DNA from: Podarcis tiliguerta
Taxonomy: Eukaryota
Direction: 5' to 3' (one strand)
Assembly (NCBI GenBank): GCA_965153285.1
Contig: OZ229112.1
Length of the DNA stretch: 64,000 nt
The position numbers and the translations under genes are program-made. Under the pieces are notes generated by a model. That model ran no database searches. It had not been told where the DNA came from and worked only from the letters and a program-made list of their open reading frames with translations. Below are positions 26,413 to 36,600 of this stretch, in pieces; position 1 is the first letter of the stretch; every line of letters begins with the position of its first letter.

Positions 26413-26870
26413 TAGTGGCTATCCCTACATCTTCCTAACTTATTTATACATGTGGGGGAAATACTTTATGTGACTTGAATCTCTTTCACTGAAGGACCAC
26501 AAATATGAAAGGGAACAAGTACACAATCCACATTCTTTACATTACCTATGTTATAAACCTCTATAATGTCCAAAGCAGTGCAACAGCTTAAGCTTGCAAA
26601 GCAGTAAGCTTCAAATTGTGTACAACAGACTGGCCTATTGGTGTCAAATAATTTAGCACTATTATCTTTACTAGATAAAGCGTTCGTTTTAATATACTTG
26701 CAGCATAACCTAAACTGCAGAAACACATAAGATGTGGTGCTTGTATCCTTATAGAATAGCGTTGCTCTCCTTTGGTTAAGCTCGGGTCATTTCTGAGGTC
26801 TGTGCTGGAAGGGAAAGTAGACTATAAACACAACCTGACAGATATTGCTGGTTTCCAGACAAACTGATTA

Positions 26871-27093
26871 CAGTGGTACCTCGGGTTAAGAACTTACGGT
26901 AATTCATTCCGGAGGTCCATTCTTAACCTGAAACTTTTCTTAACCTGAAGCACCACTTTAGGTAATGGTGCCTCCTGCTGCCGCTGGAGCATGATTTCTG
27001 TTCTCATCCTGAAACAAAGTTCTTAACCCAAGGTAATATTTCTGGGTTAGCGGAGTCTGTAACCTGAAGCATATGTAACCCGAGGTACCACTA
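26871..27093. mobile_element. Tc1/mariner MITE family A, inverted relative to the 26190 copy
   Basis: TA|CAGTGGTACCTC...GAGGTACCACTA|TA; internal sequence is the reverse complement of the 26190 copy. Confidence 0.88.
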
Positions 27094-28160
27094 TATTATT
27101 GTGACTGGAGAAACAAAAGGGTTAACATTATTAACTGGCCAAGTGCAGCAACGCTTTCCATTTGTCATTCACTCCACTGAACACTGAGTTATCTGGATGG
27201 AGGGGGAATGATTAATACATTCTATTCTGGCTTTCAGGTTTGAATAATGGCTAGAGTCCCAAAGTTTCGTCTCAAAGGAAGGGCAGGAGGGGGATCAGAG
27301 TGCAACAGGTATCAGACATGACGTTCCAGGTATTTCAAGTTTTGACCCACATATACATCCCCAAGCTTGAGGGTGAGGGCTGTGTGTGTGTGTAAAACAT
27401 ATCGCTACGCAATAGTAGGAGCAAAGCCCCTTCTACCGAAGGCCCTTTGCTCAACAGCGCCCGGCTTTAGCCTTCATACAGGGGCTCCTGCGAAAGCAGT
27501 TCTGAGCTGCTCACCTGCGGCAACGGGCGGGGCAAAGGGAAGAGCACGGCGGTTTCCACTTCCGCAGAGCACGAGAGTAGCCCCGCCCCGCCCAATCGGG
27601 AACACGCGCAGCGGCAACCGCCCTTTTATAAGCAGAGTCCCGCGCTTCATTCATCTTTCTCTCTTCCGCACCGCCCCCCGCGCGAGAAGCGCGCGCGCAG
27701 AGGAGACGTTACCATAGAAGGGCCTTTCTCTTCGCCCCCCTCCCCATTTATGTCTGCGCCCTATAAATGTTACCGGCACCCGAGATTCCCCTTTCATCAC
27801 CCCTCTTGTCCTCTGAAGCGCCCCAAAGACTCACCTTTTCCTACAGACAAGCGTTTCCGAAATGGCGGCCAAACATGGACCCTGATCACGAGCAGCCCCC
27901 ATCCAAGCCCCGAAGCTGCCCCGCCCATCCACGATTCGGCATTCCCCAGGCTTCTCTCATTCCCACCCAGGCCAGCCCGGCCGAAAGCCGAGCCACCGAT
28001 GCCTCCTCACACTAAGTAGAAACCAAACTCTCGCGCTAAAGCTGGAGGTGGGTGGGGAAAAGAAAGCAACAGCCCGCCCTTGCTGCGCTTCTGGGTCGGC
28101 ACCGCCAACACACCCCTTCCGTCACCCAACGGCGGTGGTTGGGTCCGTGACATCATCATC

Positions 28161-28238
28161 ATGGCAACAACAGCTGCAGCCAAGGAACTACTGCTGAGGA
28201 GCTCCAGTGGAGAGGGAGGGCGGCTTCTGACCATGTGA
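28161..28238 (+). promoter_or_regulatory. REV3L upstream ORF, 25 codons (MATTAAAKELLLRSSSGEGGRLLTM*)
   Basis: ATG in strong Kozak context ATCATGG, ending ATG TGA; upstream ATGs are a known feature of mammalian REV3L mRNA. Confidence 0.6.
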
Positions 28239-28574
28239 GGTGTACACAATCGGCTTGGCTGGGGCGAGCTTTGCCCGGGCTTGCCGCCGCCGCTGCTGTC
28301 GCCTGAGGGCTGGAGCGTGCGCGCGCACACACACGTCGGGCCCCTCCTTCCCCCCCTCCCATGAGTGCTCCGCCCGCTCGTCCATGCGCACGAGGAAGCG
28401 CGCGCGGCGGGCGGGTGAGAGGGAGGGGGCTGCGTTCGAGCTGCGGCGGGGTGGCAGCAGCAGCCGCCGCCGCCGCCTGAGGAGGCGTAAGTGCGGGGTG
28501 GGGGGCGGTGCACCCCAGCCTCGCGGTGCGCCCAACGGTCGCCCTCAGGGGCGCCTCCCCCCGCAGTGGCGAAC

Positions 28575-28713
28575 ATGTTCTCAGTGAGGGTCGTGACCGC
28601 CGACTACTACATGAGCAGCCCTCTGCCCGGCCTGGACCCCTGCCAGTCCCACTTCAGAGAGGCGCCCGTCAAGAAGGTGCCCGTCGTGAGAGTCTTCGGA
28701 GCCACCCCGGCAG
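28575..28713 (+). CDS. REV3L: REV3L coding exon 1 (139 nt)
   Basis: GCGAACATGT start; MFSVRVVTADYYM..VPVVRVFGATPA; donor CAG|gtaaga. Confidence 0.97.
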
Positions 28714-31700
28714 GTAAGAAAGAGAGAGAACCGCCCAGTCGGGGGTGCAGCAGGTTCCCCCTCCTCCGCCCCATTGAGAAACCATTCGCGGCTCGGGAAT
28801 CCTGCGAGCGCAGCAGCCCTTTTCTCGGGGCTGCCTCTCCTTTTTGTGACTGGCTGAGTGACAGGCGCTGCCTTTCCTCCCTGCGGTGTTGGCGCGCTGC
28901 AGCGGGTGCCTCACCTACCTGCCGCCACCCCTTTGGCCGCTGCGGTTGAGTGAAGTCGCCCATGGCCGGGGCCCCGCCTGGTGGCGGCGGCGGCGGCAAG
29001 CAGCCCCCGCCGCGGTGTGTCTGTGTATTATTGTGTTCGCTATGGCACGCAGGCAACGCCGGGAGAGCGCCTCCTTCCCTTGTAGGGACCGCGCCGCTGA
29101 CCCCTGACAGTTGCACGGATGGGAGGTGGTCGGAGGGTGGAGGGCGCTCTACTTGCTTCTGGTGTGTCTCGGGTGCACTGCCAGTGTATCCTGTGCTTGT
29201 GCTGCTGGAAGTGGATGGATTCGCTCCCCTCCCGCCCCCGTGTATTACAAATATTATAAGCCGTAATGAAATGCAGCTGTATAAACAGGGCTATTTCATA
29301 CTAGTGGCAGTGCTGAGCAACAACTCATATTGGGAGGGTTTTTATTGTTGTCTGTTTTAAAGCATAACCTCCTCAGCTGTAAAATTTCCACACCACATGT
29401 AGGAAGTTCCTGAGCGTGTTCTTATTTCATGAAGGTTTCATTAAGCATCCATAACAGGGACATTTTCAACCCATGGCCTTTAAATTGTCAGTCTGCAAAC
29501 TTCATAAATTCGCTGCGGTGGTAAACAAGAGCTGTTGTCTCCACTGCAGGAGTACTATTCTAATCCCTCAGAAAATTTCTAAAACTGGTTTTCCTTTCAA
29601 AATTCCTTGTTAATATCCATATATTACTACATTCTGTTCTTTTCATTTTTCTCTGTCATATTCCTGCTCCACCAGTCAAGCTAACCACTGTTATTGGGTT
29701 TTTTAAATAATAATAATAATTTCCCATTACTGTTTTAACAAACCAGTTTTAGCTGATGTTATATAAACCTTTGGTAGTCGTAAAGCCACCTGGACAACTA
29801 CACAGTTTGTGTTTCAGCTGGGCCACGTATATATTGATGATACCACACAGTGATATTGATTGCATGGTGAAAGACTGGACTTAACACAGGAAAATGACAC
29901 AATAGTTCAGACTTAGGCCAAATATTGTAATGAATAACAAGGAAGTAGGTTGACAAGATATGCTAGTGTAAAACATTAATAGCTTTTCTACGATTCTTTG
30001 CTTGTGTTTAGTATCCTACATATTATTGGCAGAAGTTAATACATCACATGTTATTTTCACCTACTTTTTTTGAATTCGTTTTCAGACTAATTATATGAAG
30101 GGAGAATATTTGAGTTATGTAAACTTGGTAATTGTTTTCATAATTCATAAGTACGAAGGAAGCTGTGGAAGCAGCATGGTTTTTATGCATTAAATGTAGC
30201 TTCTTGTTTAGCAAGTGTGGCTCTCCCCCCTGCCCTGAGTACTGTGATCAATTATTATGTTTACTTTTGGAAATTTTTACACACCCATCCACAGCAGCAG
30301 TGAACATCCCTGCATACCCAGTGCAGAGAATGGGGAGGAGAAGCAATATATGTCCTGTGTAAGCCCAACAAAATACATAAAAAACACCCTCCTTTTCTAC
30401 TGGATTCTCTATAATTCATGGGAAACTTGTGAGATGGAGAGGATATTTTATTTCCTTCCCACTGGACTTTTACAAAAGGGGGGGGGACAGTACTTCAGTG
30501 TCTTCTAGGAATGCCCAGAAAGCACATTTCTGTTATCCCAGAGTTTTCTGCATATGCCACAGGGCATGAGAGAAGGGAGGCAACCACAAGTGAGGGCTGA
30601 CAACAAGCCAAGATAAAAATTGTCCATCCCTGTATGACAATGGAACATACTACGGCAAAGTCCCTCCTCCTGCACAATGTAGCATAAAGAGTAATTGAAT
30701 AAAATTCCCTGATAACATGGTATGCACTTTTAAATGGCCTGTGGAATAAGGTGTTCTTTGCTTCTAAAAAGTTTAAAGATTAGCCTGATACATCTCCTTG
30801 AGAGAGCTACAGAATGGAAAAAGATTTGAGCAGCGCTTCTCAACATCCTTAAAGCTGCCTGCTATACAATCTTACTTGGGAATAAGCCAAATAATATTCA
30901 AAGTGAATTCAGTGGAAGTTTCTTTCAGTAAATCTGCATAAGAATGGACTGGAAGTCTCACTGAAATTGAACAGAATTTTCACATAATGACTGCATATCT
31001 GGCAGTACAAAAATTGTCAAGTTACTATTTTGTCATTGTACCATGCCTCAGTATACCTGTATTATATAGCTGTGCTATTGTAATCTTGTCTTTGGAAGAC
31101 CATCTTACTCGGCTATGAGTGATCACCAAAGAAGAAGATTTAAAAATCTACAGCTAATGCATTGTTATCAAAGTTTCATGCCTCATCAATTTACTGTTCC
31201 CATGACTTGCATAAGATCCAACATGACAACAGTGACCAGAGTATTCTTACAAGTGAGTCCCTCAAAATACATCAACCCACAACTTTTTTTTTACTAGTTT
31301 CTGTTGGCTAGCCTTTGTAAGGCATTGCTGATGGGGGGGGGCAGCTCTTCCAATTTACAAAATTTTCCCTGCCTGGTTTTAGGCCAGTGGTCATTTAAAG
31401 AACTGCAGTACCAGTTTCTTTATGGAATCCTCTACATAGCAACTAATTTTCTGCGGGATGTAGCATGCAACCTCACAGTGAAGCAATCAATATATTGCAT
31501 AATATAATACTAGAGTGATCATAGCCGGATAAGGGATATATACATGAACTACTCAATTTGAATTTTTGTAAATACATTGTTTGCATTATTGAATCTTGTG
31601 CATTTCATTGGTTGGGGAGCATTTGTATTTTCTCTGGATGGGAAAGAAAATGAGCAGCCAACCATGTGAACAGGCTGGACATAAGTATTATCATGGTTGC

Positions 31701-33622
31701 TTCTTAATTTTGTATGCAGACTGACACTGGAAAGTTTCCATTTGACAACTTTATTGCCTTTAACAGGAAAATGAGCTAACCTCTAATGGGGAGTAATGAG
31801 GAGAATACCAAATAGCTATTGAATGTCCCTACTACGTGTATATTCTTTGCAAAGGCAAATTCTTCAGCAAGATTTTAGCTCAAAAACAATGTAAGGCCTA
31901 AAATATAAAAGGGCCTTTGGCTGCTGCTAGAAAGACATCAAAATGGGCACTAGGTGAAACTTTCTGGGGAGAATATTTTCAAGCTGAGGCACATCCACTA
32001 AAAGGGTTCTTTATCCCACCATACTTCAGATTTTTATTTTATTTTATATATGTTGTTATAAAATATAAATATACTGTTTGATGGTTGAAAACAAAGAAAG
32101 CTCAAAGTAGTTTACAAAATATAAAATAAAACATTAAAATTATTGCTAAAAACAATTACAGTCATACCTTGGAAGTCAAACGGAATTCGTTCCAGAAGTC
32201 TCTTCGACTTCCAGAACATTCAGAAACCAAGGTGCGGCTTCCGATTGGCTTCAGGTTAAGAACTTTTCTTCAGAATAAGAACAGAAATCTGGCTCCGGCA
32301 GCGCGGCAGCAGCAGGAGGCCCCATTAACTAAAGTGGTGCTTCAGGTTAAGAACAGTTTCAGGTTAAGAACGGACCTCTGGAACAAATTAAGTACTTAGC
32401 CCGAGGTACCACTGTAATAGTAAATCCATAAACTTGGCCCAGTAGCAAATGAACACCCAGGTCACAGAACAGAAGAAGGTCTCACTCCTGTTAGCAACTG
32501 TGCTGCAGCATTCTGCACTAACTGCAGCCCCTAGATTGAACACAGGTGAATCCCCACAAGTGCAGCTGCTAGACTGAGCACAAGTGCATTGCAGTAAACC
32601 AGATGGCTATCATATCTCCTCTCAGTCTCTTCTTTTATGGGCTAAAGGTACCCAGCTCCTTCAAGTGTTCCTCATAAGGCTTGGTTTCCAGACCCTTGAT
32701 CATCTTGGTTGTCCTTGTCTGCATACTTCTCTCTGACCTTATGCTATTCACTATGCCTGTAGTCTAGACACCTGTACAGTGCAAAGAGCATAAAACTTTT
32801 TTATGTCCTGTATAGCACTTGACACATTAGCAACAAACGCCTTCTAGTAGCAGTAGGGTGAGAATGGCAAAGGTAGCTGCTCTGAGGTACTGAGACAAAC
32901 AACAATCCTGGTTAAGAGGGAATTTTGTTCTATCGGCTGCTGCCCTCCCTGCACAGCAGGATCAATAAAGTAAAGGGACTTATTTTCTTGAAGATCCACT
33001 GTATCAGGGGAAGATGGGGATAAGAACTGTGTCACATATTCCATGACTAATCCAGTGCAATAGCTAGTAAAGGGGAATACATGTCTTGGATTACTGTATT
33101 GTCTTATATGTGGAACTGCCATTGAAAATGGTCTGAAAAATTAAGGTGCCTCCAAACCAGGCAGTAAGGTTTTTAACAGAGACTGGTTAACATGACCGAA
33201 TTACATCAGTACTTCTTCATTTGCCCTGACTTCAACTCTGTTTCCAGGTCCAATTCAATCATCATCTAAGGCCCTTTTTCGTGTGCCTCCATGAGAGGTC
33301 TGTAGGGCATCAACATGAGAACAGGCCTTTTCTGCAGTGGCTCCCCGTTTGTGGAATGCTCTTCCCAGGGAGGCACAGAAATTTTAATAATAATAATTCA
33401 AAGTGCTGATTTAACCTTTAAAGTTCTAAATAGCTATGGCAAGGTGACCTGAATTATCTCCTCCCATATATACTTAGCCAGATTCTGAAGGACCTTTTCC
33501 TGGTGCCCTCACCAAATGATATGCAACTGGTGGTTCCTGGAGGGTGCGCGTTTTGGGCAGTGGCATTCCAGTTGTTGAATCCCTCTTCAGAAATGCTTGC
33601 CCAGTACCCACTTTAAAGCCAG

Positions 33623-33665
<43 letters not shown>

Positions 33666-36600
33666 GAAACATGTTTTAATGAAAAACAAATATATTAGTG
33701 TTGGAATTTTCATTGATTTTGGAAAAATCAGGTAAATGCTGAAGTGTTCATTTACGTAGGAGAAAAGATTTTCTTTCCAGGATTACTGTGTTATATTGGA
33801 CACAACGAAATAATGGAAACATGAGCATCAAATACATTGCTGCACCAATTATATGTTTGCATGTGTATGTAAAGCATTTTACATGTACATCTAAAAATGT
33901 AATGAGTGTTTGTAGCAAATGTATACTTCTACTGTACATATGATATGGCTGTATACGCCAGGGAGCTGAAGTTGGCCTCAGCTGGTCTCTCCTCCCACCC
34001 TTGTACACATGCTGGTAAACATAAATTTACTGCTGTATAATATAGAAGTAGCCCTTGGTGTTGCTTTTACTGATTTAATACTATTTTCATACAATAAGAA
34101 AGTAAAAAAGATTAACTAGCTTGTAATGGAAATGTGTATTCCAGTTTCATAATTTATAATAAGAAATAAACAAGTAGAGAAAAGTAGTTTTAAATTCTCG
34201 AGAAAGTGGTACTATAGTCAGTATTTGCTTTATCCTTGGCTTGCATTTTATTATCAGTCATTTGGCCTATGTATAAATCCCATGCATGGCAAAAAAACCC
34301 CACTAAATTGGTAGAATGCTATCCTTTGCTTTTACCAAACTGCAGCCACATGCCAAAGGAGTTTTATTTATTTTTTGTTACATTGCTAACTTGCCTTCAC
34401 TCGAAGTTTGGGTAGTATATAAGAGGTCAATTCCCTCTCTCTCCTCCTCCCTCCCTCCTTGTTTAAGCAGTGTGAATGGCCTGATTCTTGATTCTGTGGT
34501 CAAGATTTTTTTTTGAAACTTCTCCAAATCTTACACTGAATTTTTATTTGCCTCTTTGTTTCTACAAGCTGCTGCACCAAAAAATACTGATTCCTCACTC
34601 CAGTCATGGTTTTCAGCTATACATATAAAACTCTGGATTATAGTTTAGTAGAGAATCAAAACTGTTAGCACCTCAGATATTCCCACCCCCAGCCCTACAG
34701 GGAGTACTACTATAATTGCTGTTTACTTAGGAAAAAAAGGATCCCTTGATACCAAGTAGCAGCCACAACAAGGAAATGCTTTAAAAACTTGTGATTTCAG
34801 GTCATTCCTATTATTTTGCTAACATGTCTTACATGTTTATCTTAATGGTTATAGTTTGATTGATTGGATTCATTCACTGCCTTTTTGTCAATGCAGTGTA
34901 CAATTTTAGAATTGTTCAATTTTACAGTTCTCCCACCCACTCACCTGCAGATAAGGTAAAGCAAACAAACAAAAACAACCCTGCCCCCATCCCTTTTTCA
35001 TTCTCATGGAGCTGATTATATCAGTTGGTCCCATGGGAGGAAGGAACAGACTCACTGGTACACACACATATGGTAACATTTTCCTGCAGTGGGGAGGGAA
35101 TTCTCAGGTGCCTGGTTGCAAATTTGGATTTTTCCAAAATCTGTGATAGTGTCATGGAATTAAACAGGAAAATTGAGTATATGAGCAATAATTTTTCTAT
35201 GTATGTATCTATGAGGTCTTTTTGTATATGAAATTCCCTGACCTACTCTGTTGTTATTCTGGACTGGCTAATTTTGTTTTAATTAGGTTTATGGATATAT
35301 GTTTTATTTAATATTTTAATGCTTCCTAATAAGGAACATATGGTAATTTCCTTTGAAATAACATGGCATAAAAATGCATAAACTTATATTCATGTATTTT
35401 CCCTATACAGTTAAAATATATAGTACTGCCATTGAAAAGTATTGTATATGACTAAGGTCTATTAGTTTCATTGGTCTACTCCAAATAATGCCACCCATAG
35501 CCACACAAAATGGTTTGCAAAAACAATCAGAGTAGCATATCTCTCCATCTTGTGAATTAACATAGATAAACAGGGACCACATAGCCAAGAAGCCATGTTT
35601 TTGTATTCTTCCTTCACTAGTTTACATTGCTGAATTAATTTTTCATCCAGGGCTAGTTGCTGGTACCACTTCAAGTAGAAAATGTTTCCAGCCTTTGAGT
35701 TTTGTATTTCCATAAGCGCTGCAAGGAACACTTTGAAGATTAAGTCCTTGCATAATGATTATTTGGTTCCCCTCCCCTGCAAAAAAAAGTGAGGGCCCAG
35801 TCTAATTGAATGGACTGCTACTCTGTTTCCTAGTACAACTTGACTGAGAAAAGGTGCCACTTGAATCTCAGGCCAAAGTTATGCCATGTTGAATTCCTAC
35901 CCAGTCAGGACAATATTTTCCACACATTTTTTTCTTTCCTTAAGCCTTTTAACAAGGGATCGAAGTTTATCACCTATTTGTAAAATAATCTTAGTTATAA
36001 TGATAGCAATGTATTGAAAGCTGCTGAATTTCAAAGTCAAGTATGAAATGGATTTTCGCAAGTGCTTCTGCACTAGAAGTGATAAATTAATATAAAAGAT
36101 AACAAATGTTGCATAATTATTTTTAAACCACCCATCTTATGGAAGCAGTCTAATTGACTTCAGTGCTGAAAATGTCAGTACGGAGTTCAAAGTGTTAATA
36201 GCACATAATCAGCAAAAAAACTGATTGGTAATATTTCATATCATTTGTGTTTATACTTTGAAATCCAGGAGCCACTTTATGTTTTTGAACTAATGCCTCT
36301 ATTGCATTTGCAAAGAGGATTTGGGACAGTAGACATCCTTGCTTGGTTCTCTAGGTCTGTTAGGATGAATAAGAAGGATTGTAAATTTTGCATTGTTAGA
36401 AATTTCATAGAAACAAACAGAAATACTTTTGTGTAGACTTCAAAGTTGATGAAAAACAGGCCACACAGTAAACCTGTTTCTATGAACTATCCACCTTGTT
36501 TAAGGTGTTCATATCTCACGTATACTCATGAATCTATGTTTAAAGGTTACTTTCAATAGAATTAATTTGGTTTTTTATTATTTGCCTTTAAAGTTAGTGA

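Larger units (their letters stand above)
22460..27544 (-). ncRNA. Predicted spliced divergent transcript at the position of human TRAF3IP2-AS1; lncRNA or small-ORF gene
   Basis: Minus-strand donors CAG|GTGAGC (27514), AAG|GTGAGT (27834), TAG|GTAATG (26545), TGG|GTAAGT (25678); acceptors tttctgcag (26715), ttttcag (23457), ttttgcag (22706); AATAAA at 22539-22544 and 22475-22480. Confidence 0.45.
27400..29250. promoter_or_regulatory. CpG island; probable bidirectional REV3L promoter
   Basis: Abrupt GC/CpG-rich block spanning REV3L exon 1. ETS site (GCGGAAGTG, minus, 27557-27565), GC boxes and CCAAT at about 27581-27596, TATAAAAG (minus, 27623-27630), YY1-like AAATGGCGGCC at 27860-27870. Confidence 0.9.

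Noticed and set aside
22706-27514. Intronic snoRNAs in the TOP-like divergent transcript
   Set aside because: I checked by eye mainly upstream of the last acceptor and found no convincing C/D or H/ACA structure; a full Infernal/snoscan search is still needed
27367-29360. Many 70-190 aa ORFs on both strands
   Set aside because: Expected from stop-codon scarcity in a CpG island; only REV3L exon 1 and the ATG-initiated uORFs are supported
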